A stretch of 64,000 bases of DNA from a virus (taxonomy: Duplodnaviria > Heunggongvirae > Uroviricota > Caudoviricetes). Numbering within the stretch: the first letter of the stretch is position 1; every line of letters starts with the position of its first letter. The stretch spans positions 1-64,000 of the IMG/VR virus record IMGVR_UViG_3300025659_000002, one strand, 5' to 3'. A program made the position numbers and the translations under genes. The notes under the pieces were generated by a model that worked only from the letters and a program-made list of their open reading frames with translations, was not told the origin of the DNA and searched no databases. Shown piece by piece: positions 36,307 to 46,422 of the stretch.

Positions 36307-38496
36307 TTGGAGATAATAATGGACAACTTATTTATAAAGAACTCTTTTACTAAAACAGCGTCATACTCAGTGGATATGGACGCAACGAAGTGGGTTAGAA
36401 ATGTAATTACGTATTTTTACGAACAATATCCGTTCGCTCAAAATCAGCCTGCAGTGGTTCAGTGGAAGAAAAAAGATAGTACAAAGGGATATGCGGTAGG
36501 GGTATTAAAGATATCCGGGGCATCCATACCAGTAGTAATCAAAGATTGGAAATTATCTCCTTTAGACATAGTTATGGCAGGTGGAAGAACTTTACCACTT
36601 AATACTGAGGTGTTAAGAACTATGTTAACTTCGCCAGGAGCATTTGTAGGAGTAGCGTCGTCTCCTCCTAAATCAGGACTGGACATGTTCTCACAATTAC
36701 AGTATTCTCCTGATGGGAGTATAAACAATTCAGCTAGCGAGTCTAGTTCACAAGAACGACCTGCTAAAATAGCTTCATTTATTGACAAAATTGAGCATAT
36801 AGACAAAAAAGCCGTTGTTGAAATACTAAATACTGTTAAAAACAACCCAGAAATCCATAATAACTTCAAAAAGACCGGAAGATTAGACGTTTTAGACAAA
36901 CTAGCGTCAAAAACAGAGAGTCAAGAAGAAATCGTGGATTCTTTCATTAGGGACCTTGATATAGATAGACAGTTAGTTATTAAAGACTCTTTAGGTAATC
37001 ACACAGTTAAACAAGCTAATTCTAACATAGATTTTGTATGAGAACTCCCTATTAAGGCTTCAGAAGCTGAAGAATTTGAGATATTAACTGCTTCAAGTTT
37101 CCAAGAAAAGACTGCTGAGTCTGTAGATGCTAATTGCTACAAGATTTGGGACACTGATAGACACCTTATGGTAACATCGGACAAAGATTATCATGATTTT
37201 AGTAGAAATGATGTGAAAACGGCTGAAGCATTTACTTTAGAAGAAGACCAACCACAAGTTGGTGATCTTGGCGTTTGAAAATTTGGAGAATCAGTCTCTG
37301 AACCTTTTGAAGTACTAGGAATGGACAAAGTATCGTCATATTCTTCAAATCTTTATAAACTAGACGGAGGTCCAGGGTATCTTAGCATCAGTAAGAATAA
37401 AGATTGGGTTATTTTAGAGAAATTAGGACAAAAGTCTTCAGAAAATGTAGAAATAGACGGAGATTTTCCTAAAATAGGAGATTTCGGAGCGTGAGTTATG
37501 CCTGATGGCAGTGCCACTAAGCCTTTTGAGATTAGAGAACTATTACAAGACTTAGAAGCTTCTAGCAATAAACAAGTACAAGTAGCAGGTTGGGATGGAT
37601 TGCAGAAGATTGCGTATTACCTGACTGAAATGCCTGTTAAGAGTCTGATGGACTCAGAGAATGGCGGAAAGTTACTACCTAAAGAAGCAAAGTTTGTTAA
37701 ATTAGGCAAAGAATTAAGAAAAGTTTCTGAAGTTAGCGAGGATAATCAAGATACCCCATTAAAAGTTACAGGATGGGCCGGAAGAGAAAAAGTATCTTAT
37801 TACATCGACAACACAACTACTTCTGAAGCAAAATATGTAGAAAAAGAATCTAGTTGGTATTTATCTAAGGACGTGAGCTTCATTAAGCTAGGATCATACT
37901 TACAAAATGAAATACCACATACTGTTAAAGTAAATAAACACACAGTTGGAAAAGACTCTGTAGGCCTTTATTACTTAAAAGGTGCAGAGTTCTCTAAATA
38001 TGCAGAAAACAGCCATGAATTACGTGATTTAAGCCTCTCAGAGGCAGAATGATCATTAATTCATTGTGGAGCAACCAAGACTGATATAAATAAGGCGGCA
38101 ATGTTGCTGAAAGGCACTGAAATGCTAATTGCTTGTCCAATTGAAGCTCCTATACCTCCAAAAGTGTTTATTGATAAAATAGCAGAAACTTATGAAGATA
38201 GTACTAATGACATAGAGATGTTAAAAGTAGACTTAGTAAAAGAGGCTGCGGTTTTATCTGATAAAAGCACTGTAGATGCTGTATTGTCTCTTGGAGCTAT
38301 CAACAAACAGAATATTATAGAATACATAGCTCTATTACCTCAATATGAGATGATTATGAGTGAATTAGCCAAAATGCTGCTTATGACTAGGTTAGGTATG
38401 AGGCATCTTCCGGAGGAAGCCGTAAAGAACGCCATGGATTCAGTAACTAAAATAGTACTGTTGCTTATGGGCGTTAACAAACTGTACTCTAATTAG
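36307..38496 (+). CDS. large structural-module protein (about 729 aa) with four in-frame TGA
   Basis: ORFs 36307..37041, 37498..38052 and 38101..38496 are in one frame. In-frame TGAs at about 37039, 37276, 37492 and 38050 in the contexts NIDFVWELP, GDLGVWKFGE, GDFGAWVMPDG and SEAEWSLIH. Ends TAG at 38494. Strong RBS aattggagataataATG. Confidence 0.55.
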
Positions 38497-38504
38497 GAGA
38501 TACT

Positions 38505-38921
38505 ATGAGATCTTTAGGGGATATGGCGCGACAGATGACTTCATTGCAGAAATTAGTGGTTAGCCAGAATGATCAAGAAGGCGTAGACGAGGTTGTATAT
38601 GAAAAGGCGTACGAGTCTACTGCAGGGGCAGATTCTATAGGGCGAAGTATTTATAACGAAGAAGATGGATCAGTAATGATATTATCTTTGCCAGAAGGAA
38701 CAGAGTTTCCACCACATACTCACGAAAATCCAATAGTAGAGTATGGAATCATATTAAAGGGGAGTATAAGAATTACACAAGAAGGAGTAGATGACGTAAT
38801 CTATTCTTATCAAGACTGCGTAATTCTTAAAGATGAGGTTATGCATTCTGGAGTAGCTTTAGAAGATACGAAGATAATCGCAATAACAATCCCACAAGAG
38901 TTAGGATACCCTGGAGCTTAG
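38505..38921 (+). CDS. cupin-fold protein
   Basis: EFPPHTHENPIVEYGIILKG...VMHSG His/Glu pattern of cupins; RBS aggagatactATG; ends TAG. Confidence 0.45.
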   Translation: MRSLGDMARQMTSLQKLVVSQNDQEGVDEVVYEKAYESTAGADSIGRSIYNEEDGSVMILSLPEGTEFPPHTHENPIVEYGIILKGSIRITQEGVDDVIYSYQDCVILKDEVMHSGVALEDTKIIAITIPQELGYPGA

Positions 38922-38950
38922 TCTCCACATTATAAAATAGGAATATTAGA

Positions 38951-39418
38951 ATGACTGATAAAAAAGGACCAATGAGCTGAGAAGAGTTTTTCGTTAAAAT
39001 CGGAGACAAAGTGGATGAGCATGAAAAGACGTTAGTGACTTTTACTAACGGTAAGTTTAAATCATTAGAAGATAATGTAGATACTTTAAAAGAGACAGTT
39101 GGGGGCATTAAGAATGATATGTCTGAGATTAAAAGAAGACTTCTAGATCCTGAAACCGGCGTAATTCACAAAATGAATGAAGCTACGGTATATGTAGGCA
39201 AATTACAGAAAGAAGAAACGTTAGACCAGATCAAATTAGTCAAAAAAGCTAATACGAACGTTTCACGGTTATTCTGGCTAGTTATGACATTTGTTATAGG
39301 CTCTTTCTTATCTCAGGTCATACCAGACACTTGGTATCCATATTCAGATAAATATACACCAAAAATAGAAAATGTTCAGCCTGAACCAGTGATAATACCT
39401 GATACTATCGCTAATTAA
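38951..39418 (+). CDS. coiled-coil protein with C-terminal TM helix, in-frame TGA near N-terminus
   Basis: ORF track 39011..39418 (GTG start). The frame stays open upstream to ATG 38951/38972 through TGA at 38978-80 (MSWEEFFVKIGD). Hydrophobic LFWLVMTFVIGSFL segment. Confidence 0.4.
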
Positions 39419-39540
39419 TATTTGTATAATACCTAGAATCTAACTATATTAAAGAAAGGGGGTAATTCCAATGATAATACACTGGGGTCTCTCTATAAAA
39501 GACAATTTGAAGAATAAAGTATTAAATCAGTATAAAAATA

Positions 39541-39873
39541 ATGCACAATTCGCCTCTCTCGATTACAAAAGCAGCTGCAATACAGTTAGAAACTAAGAAA
39601 ATTAGCTTAAATCACCCAAAATCCCACATATTAAACATAAAGTTGGCGCCAAATTACGAAACTGAGATGGCACACTTCGATTTTACATATAAAGACATAA
39701 AAGATATTAAAAATATAGTGTATGATGATGACTATGCACACACCATGGATTCGGAAACTGCTATGTATCTTCTTGGCAGTACATTAGATTATAAGGATAA
39801 TAGACTTATATTCGATCATATGGAGCTAGATGGCTTAAATAACTTTAATAATATTGATAATAATAGCAATTAA
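39541..39873 (+). CDS. hypothetical protein (110 aa)
   Basis: ORF track. Confidence 0.4.
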   Translation: MHNSPLSITKAAAIQLETKKISLNHPKSHILNIKLAPNYETEMAHFDFTYKDIKDIKNIVYDDDYAHTMDSETAMYLLGSTLDYKDNRLIFDHMELDGLNNFNNIDNNSN

Positions 39874-39944
39874 TAGCTTTTTAAGGTAAAAAGAAGAGCT
39901 TTCACTCTCCTTTTGTGCAACTGACGTGTTACACAACGTAATTA

Positions 39945-40151
39945 CTAATCGATAGCAGATTCTTCCAAGGATGGAAGGTCTGTATTGCGATTATCATAGG
40001 CTCGTAATCCAAATGCCCCAGCTGCAACACTTAGGACTACTAATCCAGTGTTTTTCACTGCGGGTTTTGAGGCAACGGCTTTAATACCATTAACTGCTTT
40101 ACGAAAATAACCTACTTCTGGGGTCTCAACGACCTTAAGTTCATCAGACAT
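39945..40151 (-). CDS. small protein with C-terminal TM/Ala-Gly-rich helix (68 aa)
   Basis: ORF track. Confidence 0.4.
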   Translation of the reverse strand: MSDELKVVETPEVGYFRKAVNGIKAVASKPAVKNTGLVVLSVAAGAFGLRAYDNRNTDLPSLEESAID

Positions 40152-40232
40152 GTTATGTCTCCTTTTACGTTATTTAGTTGTTTAATTAACGCCAGACATG
40201 GATTTTTCTCATTGTATCCTCTGGCGCATCAT

Positions 40233-40262
40233 TCTTATACCCTATTTGGGGCCAAAATAGCC
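40233..40262 (-). promoter_or_regulatory. recurrent promoter-like motif copy (TTCTTATACCC...)
   Basis: attcttataccctatttgggg upstream of 39945..40151. Confidence 0.4.
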
Positions 40263-40440
40263 CATTTTTGACTAATATGAGCATCATACACTTAATTATT
40301 AACGTTTTAAACTCGATCTTGCGGATTAAGGTTCCATATCATGCCCCCTATCCAAATGCACAGAATAAAACTAAATTGAAGGGTTTAAAATTTTTCCTAT
40401 ATGAGATTTTTTATTTTAAAATTTTTTAATTTATTTTTTT

Positions 40441-40872
40441 TTATTTTAAAACTTTTTCCCCAGATTTCAACATTTTTTCCCGGTGCTTATGGCAGGCCCA
40501 TACTTCTTTTAAGTCACTTCTCTTAAGAGTCACGGTATTTATAATATCCCAACCATAGCCCTGAATAGCTACTTCAAGCCTAATCCGTAAGATTTTAGGC
40601 CCATAGGTTCCATGTAGGCGCATACGGGTTAAAATTCCTTCGGGAGATAATGTATAGGTATCCGTGCCCCCAGGCCATGCTAAACCTATCTTAATTCTCC
40701 CAAAAGGTGAATATTTCAATTTATCAAGCACTTGTTTTAAAACTGAGTATTTATATATATGACAACCAACCCTTAATCCTTCATGATGCGGTACAATATT
40801 CCTATTAATAACCTCATGATCGAGCGCTCCTATGCGTTCCTTGACTTTCCAAGGCCATTTATCATTCATCAC
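40441..40872 (-). CDS. paralog family D member (VGC...PFG...FKRSDLKEVW family)
   Basis: Conserved LRVGCHIYKYSVL..L.YSPFG..KIG and LKRSDLKEVW blocks shared with four other genes. Confidence 0.5.
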   Translation of the reverse strand: MMNDKWPWKVKERIGALDHEVINRNIVPHHEGLRVGCHIYKYSVLKQVLDKLKYSPFGRIKIGLAWPGGTDTYTLSPEGILTRMRLHGTYGPKILRIRLEVAIQGYGWDIINTVTLKRSDLKEVWACHKHREKMLKSGEKVLK

Positions 40873-41270
40873 AACTTCTCCATAATAGCTACTATACTCC
40901 GGTTATAAGCCCACATGTCCTTTAAAACTTTCCTTTTAAAATAGACGGTGTTTACAGGCCACCAAGAACCTTGCCAGCTGATCCCTTCAACAGCGACCCT
41001 TACAATTTTAGGCCCAAACCGAACATTTAATCGAGCGTTATATAGAACATTTTCGGAAAAATCATAAAGTTTTAAATCAACAACATCTTCTATAGCAAGC
41101 CTAAATTCCCCAAACGGTAAATATCTCATTGAGGAAACTATTTTATCCAAAATACTTATGCCGAAACATAGGCAACCTACCTTTACAACCTCAGTATCTA
41201 CGATAATACCTCTAGTAACCTGCATACTCTTTAACTGTTCATCTGCAGTCCATTTATATTCTTGCATCAT
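40869..41270 (-). CDS. paralog family D member
   Basis: VKVGCLCFGISIL...YLPFG...FKRKVLKDMW. Confidence 0.5.
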   Translation of the reverse strand: MMQEYKWTADEQLKSMQVTRGIIVDTEVVKVGCLCFGISILDKIVSSMRYLPFGEFRLAIEDVVDLKLYDFSENVLYNARLNVRFGPKIVRVAVEGISWQGSWWPVNTVYFKRKVLKDMWAYNRSIVAIMEKL

Positions 41271-41770
41271 AAAATTGTCTCCTTATCTTTTTGTAAATCC
41301 TCTTTGATATTATTAGCGGTTAACGTATCAGCTTTTAGCTGAAGCTTTGCAGCTTCCCGCTCTCTAACCAATAACTCTCTCCATAACTCTCTAAGATCTG
41401 ATTTTTTAAATACAAGATCCTGCAAAACTATGTCGTAGTTTATACCCCAGCCAGTAGTAACAATAATTTTTCTTATTCTTACCTTCCTAAGACCCCAACT
41501 CATTTTTAGAAGTGTGGCACTAACTCCAGGACTCGGGGTTTCACGGGTGCTAAGCCCAAAAATGCCACCACGATCGCGTATATACAAATCACCTCGGCCA
41601 AATGGCCACATAACTTTTCTTAGGGCGAGTTCTAATACAGACTTGTGAAAATTATTACAGCCTATATTTACAAGCATACCGTGTTTTTCAGACTCCCATA
41701 ACCTTATACCTAGCTTATGGGGTAGGCGGCTATTATAGTATTCTGCGTGTCTCATATTAACGCCTTCCAT
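41267..41770 (-). CDS. paralog family D member
   Basis: VNIGCNNFHKSVL...WPFG...FKKSDLRELW. Confidence 0.5.
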   Translation of the reverse strand: MEGVNMRHAEYYNSRLPHKLGIRLWESEKHGMLVNIGCNNFHKSVLELALRKVMWPFGRGDLYIRDRGGIFGLSTRETPSPGVSATLLKMSWGLRKVRIRKIIVTTGWGINYDIVLQDLVFKKSDLRELWRELLVREREAAKLQLKADTLTANNIKEDLQKDKETIL

Positions 41771-42138
41771 GCTTTTTTTAGGTCTGATTTATAGAATACA
41801 AGATCTTCTATCACAGAAGCTTCTGAAAATCCCCAACCTTGATAAATCTTTTGTATTCTTAGTTTTCTAGGACTATAACTAACCTTTAAATATGCACGAT
41901 GTGGAGCTGTGTTAACGCCTTCTACGTAAAAAATATCCGTATGGACTATTTCTATAGAGAACTTACCAAATAGCCCTTTAGAACGATGTATTATCTTTTC
42001 CAATAACTCTACCCCATACCTTTCACATCCTACTTTTAAATAAGATCCGCCACCCGCGTCGGTAAACCGCATAGAGTATACACTATAGTGAGCACACACG
42101 CTTCGACGGGCTTTCTTGTGCGGACGGGTCTCAAACAT
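41752..42138 (-). CDS. paralog family D member
   Basis: LKVGCERYGVELL...GLFG...FYKSDLKKAW. Confidence 0.5.
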   Translation of the reverse strand: MFETRPHKKARRSVCAHYSVYSMRFTDAGGGSYLKVGCERYGVELLEKIIHRSKGLFGKFSIEIVHTDIFYVEGVNTAPHRAYLKVSYSPRKLRIQKIYQGWGFSEASVIEDLVFYKSDLKKAWKALI

Positions 42139-42203
42139 AACTTCTTACTCCTCGGCTGATATGCGACATCTTGTTGCCTCCAATAATTTGAGTTTTCTTT
42201 TAA

Positions 42204-42674
42204 TTAGTAAATATTATTAGTAGATAAAACTTGTTTTATTTCTATACATTTTTGCATTTTTCCTATTAACATAAGAGCCTTACCCATCTCTGTGAGTAGT
42301 TCTTCATATATCATATTAGTATGAAATCTAAATAACTGTCCACCAAGTCCTTCAAATTCTAGACTTTTCCAGGTTGATCCGCTACCTTCGAAAGGAAATG
42401 GGTCCCTTGTTACGGGCCCTAATCCTAATGCAGTCCCAATTGACCTAATAGAATCAATATTTACGGTCATATAAGAGTCCTTGTTACCGTTCGTATTGGC
42501 CGGTATTGCGTCATAATGGGCCCAGTATCGCTGTTGTTGGGCAAAGGTCATGTTACACCCCTCCCAATCTTCTATACCCAAGTTTTTATCGAGGTCCCAC
42601 TGCTCTTGGGAACTTAGTTCAAAATAATTTTTAGGTCTTTTGAAGGACTCTTTGTACATTTGAAATTCAGTCAT
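42204..42674 (-). CDS. hypothetical protein (156 aa)
   Basis: ORF track. Confidence 0.45.
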   Translation of the reverse strand: MTEFQMYKESFKRPKNYFELSSQEQWDLDKNLGIEDWEGCNMTFAQQQRYWAHYDAIPANTNGNKDSYMTVNIDSIRSIGTALGLGPVTRDPFPFEGSGSTWKSLEFEGLGGQLFRFHTNMIYEELLTEMGKALMLIGKMQKCIEIKQVLSTNNIY

Positions 42675-42940
42675 TATAAGTCTCCTATATATGTGTTGCC
42701 ATCAGGCAAATCTTCTAGTAATTTTGGAAATCTTCCCATTTTATATAAATAGGAGTCATCTTCATCTGTAACTTCGTCAACGGTAATATCTTTTACTTTA
42801 AAATTGAAGCCTTCTGCTACTTTCATTAAATATAACCTAGAATCACCATCGCCAAGGGTATGTCCCTCGTCATGAAGCTCTCCATTAATATAGATACCTT
42901 CCCAATTCCCACTACCAGAGGTTAATATTAGTACTTGCAT
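42674..42940 (-). CDS. hypothetical acidic protein (88 aa)
   Basis: ORF track. Confidence 0.4.
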   Translation of the reverse strand: MQVLILTSGSGNWEGIYINGELHDEGHTLGDGDSRLYLMKVAEGFNFKVKDITVDEVTDEDDSYLYKMGRFPKLLEDLPDGNTYIGDL

Positions 42941-43345
42941 TTATTTCCTAAGCCCTTTAAGTTCATCTATAATTCCTACAAACTCGCGCCCTTCTGCAAA
43001 GTTAGCTTCACCGGCAGCCAACCCTCTTAAAACTTCATCTTTAGTTGCAAGTCTGAAAAGGCCGCTACTGTTTAAGTGTTCTGCAAATTTAGCTCTAGGA
43101 TGAACTGCAGCAACCATACCATCAGACATGGATATTAAACAGTAATCGCCTCGGCCACTAATGGCCACGTCGTCGTCATCTTCTTTACGATTTTTTATTG
43201 CAAGGTAGTCTACATGCCAGCCTATTTTGTATAACATACTAGTAATACTTCTGTTATCGTCAAGAGTTACTCTATCTGTATGCACAATATACAGCCCACC
43301 AGTAATATCGGCAGTCTCCCATATTGTTTTTATATATTGTCTCAT
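42941..43345 (-). CDS. hypothetical protein (134 aa)
   Basis: ORF track. Confidence 0.45.
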   Translation of the reverse strand: MRQYIKTIWETADITGGLYIVHTDRVTLDDNRSITSMLYKIGWHVDYLAIKNRKEDDDDVAISGRGDYCLISMSDGMVAAVHPRAKFAEHLNSSGLFRLATKDEVLRGLAAGEANFAEGREFVGIIDELKGLRK

Positions 43346-43380
43346 TATTTTTCTCCCATAATCATTTATATTTTAAAAGC

Positions 43381-43659
43381 CTACGGGACCTGTGTTATAG
43401 TAACAGTGCCGAAAAACTCTACGAAAGTTGTATGATCCCATACGTTTGTTATTAACCCATTTGTATATACTGTGCCGCCAAGTTCTTCCCCATAACTATA
43501 GTGTATACACATACCCAAAAGCTCCTTATTGCTGGTGTTGGCACAGCGAACCACTACCACTATATCACTGTGTATTCCGAGGTAGTACCTACCCTGGATA
43601 AATATCTTCTCTCTAGGGGTCGGCAGAACTGTATCTACCGTAGTAACTATTGTTGACAT
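43381..43659 (-). CDS. hypothetical protein (92 aa)
   Basis: ORF track. Confidence 0.4.
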   Translation of the reverse strand: MSTIVTTVDTVLPTPREKIFIQGRYYLGIHSDIVVVVRCANTSNKELLGMCIHYSYGEELGGTVYTNGLITNVWDHTTFVEFFGTVTITQVP

Positions 43660-43832
43660 TTTTCTTTCTCCTTATCTTTTAACACCCACTTTAGTATACC
43701 TATTTCGGACTCTAAGCCCAGCTGTATAAGTGCTAGTGGTGCATTTGCAAATACGGTAGCCGCTGGATACCCCAACCTTTCATCCCCTTTAAGCTCTTTT
43801 AACTTATCCTGGATCTCTTTTTTTGTTTTCAT
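43647..43832 (-). CDS. hypothetical protein (61 aa)
   Basis: ORF track. Confidence 0.35.
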   Translation of the reverse strand: MKTKKEIQDKLKELKGDERLGYPAATVFANAPLALIQLGLESEIGILKWVLKDKEKEKCQQ

Positions 43833-43835
43833 AGT

Positions 43836-44174
43836 CTACTCCTTGATCAATAATGGTAATTTCAACAATTCCGCCAAACACCAATCAGAGCGTTCATAGT
43901 TATGCCCCTCAGCCTGGATAGCCCAAGCATGTACTTGAGTTCTACCGTGAGTGAACTTATACACACTGTCGTAATCAGGGAACCTGTCAAAGAGCCAATC
44001 ATTAACTGCGTGTCTATCGTTCCCAACTAACGTATGGAACAAGAGGTGTTCACTTATATAATTACAAATTCCCCAAGTATTTCCAAGAGAATGCTTAGGT
44101 TTTAATCTAAACACCTTTTCTGCATCAAGAAGCATGTCCCTAATAACTATCAATAATCTTTGCGATGGTTCCAT
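43836..44174 (-). CDS. hypothetical protein (112 aa)
   Basis: ORF track. Confidence 0.45.
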   Translation of the reverse strand: MEPSQRLLIVIRDMLLDAEKVFRLKPKHSLGNTWGICNYISEHLLFHTLVGNDRHAVNDWLFDRFPDYDSVYKFTHGRTQVHAWAIQAEGHNYERSDWCLAELLKLPLLIKE

Positions 44175-44176
44175 AA

Positions 44177-44371
44177 TTAATCCTCCTCACAACAAGGTTC
44201 ATGAGGAAGTATACAATCTGTAACTCTATTGTACGAGCTTGTTATAGGTATCCCTCCAGCCCTAATACAGGCGTCTATAGCTTGTTGCTTGACGACCCAA
44301 ATCCTATCAGCCTCTTTACAACCAATAAATACAAATATACTCATTAGAAGTAATATCTTTATTTTTTTCAT
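44177..44371 (-). CDS. small lipoprotein (lipobox FIGC), QQAIDACI-GG-P motif
   Basis: Signal peptide plus Cys; paralog of 57023..57238. Confidence 0.5.
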   Translation of the reverse strand: MKKIKILLLMSIFVFIGCKEADRIWVVKQQAIDACIRAGGIPITSSYNRVTDCILPHEPCCEED

Positions 44372-44394
44372 TACTATTCCTTTATTTAAGTCTT

Positions 44395-44697
44395 TTAATA
44401 TCCACCTAGTTTTTTACCCGTTTTGTGCGACTCTACGGCAATCTCATCTTCTATAAGTATGAGGCTATCGTCTAGCGCAGATCTTGCTGCAGCTATTATA
44501 TCATTCAACAGCTCTGCAGAACTCTTTCGATTATATGAATGAACTACCTTCCCATCTGTGTCGTAAAACACTACCCTATATGTATCATCCTTTATTTTCC
44601 AAGATGCAGCTTCAAGTTTGGTATATTGTTCTTTTAATTTTTCTAGTTTTGTCATTGTTTTTCCAATTCTATAACTAATTCGTTTAAAGATCCCCAA
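44395..44697 (-). CDS. hypothetical protein (100 aa)
   Basis: ORF track. Confidence 0.4.
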   Translation of the reverse strand: MGIFKRISYRIGKTMTKLEKLKEQYTKLEAASWKIKDDTYRVVFYDTDGKVVHSYNRKSSAELLNDIIAAARSALDDSLILIEDEIAVESHKTGKKLGGY

Positions 44698-45254
44698 ATA
44701 TTCATTAACATTCGGTTCATTTCTGTGTCTACTTCTATAGTTTTCTCATTAACAACATTACACGTAGAACTCAAACGATCAGAAATTATAGGATATTCTT
44801 TTATATACATATTAAAACGGCGTTTACTATGAGACCCACTAAATACCATGTTAGCAAATCGATCACATAATTTTACATATAAAGACATTTTACTAATTAT
44901 GTCTGTCTGCTCTAAAGCTACATATACTGATTCTTTTCTTTTAGCTCTATTGTATCCTGGAGAATCTGATACGTTTCTTACTATTTGCGCTGCAGTTTCG
45001 CCAAACTCTTTTAATAACTGTTCATAAGTTATCTCAGAGTCCTCAATAACATCATGTAATATACAACCTAGCATTATATACCTTCGGAGATCGCTAGCAG
45101 TTTGCGTATACGCCGGTATAAAATTAGATTCAGCAACTATAACCACCTGTTTTAAATGAAATTTATAAGGGTATATGTCATAGCTTTGCCCACGATGAGC
45201 AGCTTCCGCAACCATCCAGGCGCGCTCATATATAGGAATTTCTTTCGGATACAT
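44652..45254 (-). CDS. HD-domain phosphohydrolase, (p)ppGpp hydrolase (SpoT/Mesh1/SAH)-like
   Basis: AEAAHRGQSYDIYPYKFHLKQV...LGCILHDVIEDSEITYEQLLKEFGETAAQIVRNVSD parallels the RelA/SpoT hydrolase-domain pattern AH.GQ.R..G.PY..HP...A.IL.....D...i.AALLHDvvED...t.eei...FG..Va.lV. Confidence 0.5.
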   Translation of the reverse strand: MYPKEIPIYERAWMVAEAAHRGQSYDIYPYKFHLKQVVIVAESNFIPAYTQTASDLRRYIMLGCILHDVIEDSEITYEQLLKEFGETAAQIVRNVSDSPGYNRAKRKESVYVALEQTDIISKMSLYVKLCDRFANMVFSGSHSKRRFNMYIKEYPIISDRLSSTCNVVNEKTIEVDTEMNRMLMNIWGSLNELVIELEKQ

Positions 45255-45283
45255 TTTATTTTTCTCCTAATTGTTATCGAACA

Positions 45284-45532
45284 TTATAGATCTTCTACTT
45301 CTTCTACTTTTACAGTTACCCTAATCACTAACCTTTTACAGTTCTTATCAACAGGGTTTAACCTGGTATGCCTATAACCACGTTTTATTTGGTCCTTTGC
45401 GGTATTGAAAATACCACCGGCATGCTCTCTTAGTGTTAAATTTCCATAATCATACACCATTTCTTGTAATCCCAACTCTACGGGGGCGGAAAGTGTCCTA
45501 CTTTTTATAGTGTCTTTACTCATGACACCCAC
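45284..45532 (-). CDS. hypothetical protein (82 aa)
   Basis: ORF track. Confidence 0.4.
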   Translation of the reverse strand: MGVMSKDTIKSRTLSAPVELGLQEMVYDYGNLTLREHAGGIFNTAKDQIKRGYRHTRLNPVDKNCKRLVIRVTVKVEEVEDL

Positions 45533-45773
45533 TCTCTACTTCAAAATAACCTATTTCGCCAAAGGGCTGCTCTCCCATTTCAGGGGTCCACGTTCCCAAA
45601 TGCCCTATGCAAGGTTCGTCTAACGGCTCGTTTAAAGACGGGTGTGAATCGTCGTCAAAACATTCACGACAAAACCCGGCAATTATTTGGTCTTCACCAC
45701 GACAAACATGCCCACTAAAACAAGTAGCGTCTTCTTTAAGGCAGGTTATACATTTTGCGGTTGCTAATGACAT
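45516..45773 (-). CDS. Cys-rich small protein (85 aa)
   Basis: CITC...C..HVC...CREC cluster. Confidence 0.4.
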   Translation of the reverse strand: MSLATAKCITCLKEDATCFSGHVCRGEDQIIAGFCRECFDDDSHPSLNEPLDEPCIGHLGTWTPEMGEQPFGEIGYFEVESGCHE

Positions 45774-45995
45774 TTTTCTTCCTTTTTGCTATTCATCATA
45801 ATTATTCGTTAACTTCAACTGGGTGGATACTAACAGGTCCATCATCGATAACTTCTTGCTTAGTCATACCTACCATCCCCCAAGGGATGTCATAAGAATA
45901 GACACTCATTACCCACCAGTCTCAAGCCTTAATAGTCATATTTATTTTTCGGCTATCCTCTAGCGTGTTTACCAATTTCACCACTTCTCCACATT

Positions 45996-46421
45996 TTATA
46001 GAGGCCAAGTACTCTCGTGAGTTTCTATAGCTTTTTTCATTTCTTTAAAAACTTTTCTTTTAAAATGAAAGTTTTCTTGAGTAACCCAACTAGGGTATGT
46101 GTGCCATTGGCACTTAGTTTGTAATAATATGTATACATTTACAAACCCATAACGAACTTTAAGCCTAGTTTCTCTTTCAGGTATAGACACATATCGTTTT
46201 TTATAGAAGTAATGCCCATTGCAGTCTCTCTTTATGAATACATTAAACCACCCAAAAGGGTATCTTCTTAGTTTGCTAATAACCTTCATTAGCACAGATT
46301 TATTAAATCTTCTACAACCTATGGCTACTCCGTCAGCATAAAGATTAATTCGACGTGAGTCTTCCATTAATCCCCGATCTACAGCTTCCCATTTATCTGA
46401 TATCAAGTATACAAAATTCAT
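45996..46421 (-). CDS. paralog family D member (5th copy, detached)
   Basis: VAIGCRRFNKSVL...RYPFG...FKRKVFKEMKKA. Confidence 0.5.
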   Translation of the reverse strand: MNFVYLISDKWEAVDRGLMEDSRRINLYADGVAIGCRRFNKSVLMKVISKLRRYPFGWFNVFIKRDCNGHYFYKKRYVSIPERETRLKVRYGFVNVYILLQTKCQWHTYPSWVTQENFHFKRKVFKEMKKAIETHESTWPL

Positions 46422-46422
46422 A

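Noticed and set aside
40150-40440. Possible origin or repeat element in the AT-rich tract ttttattttaaaatttttt...
   Set aside because: Only simple A/T homopolymer-type repetition, no defined iterons; more likely a strand-switch spacer with terminators and promoters.
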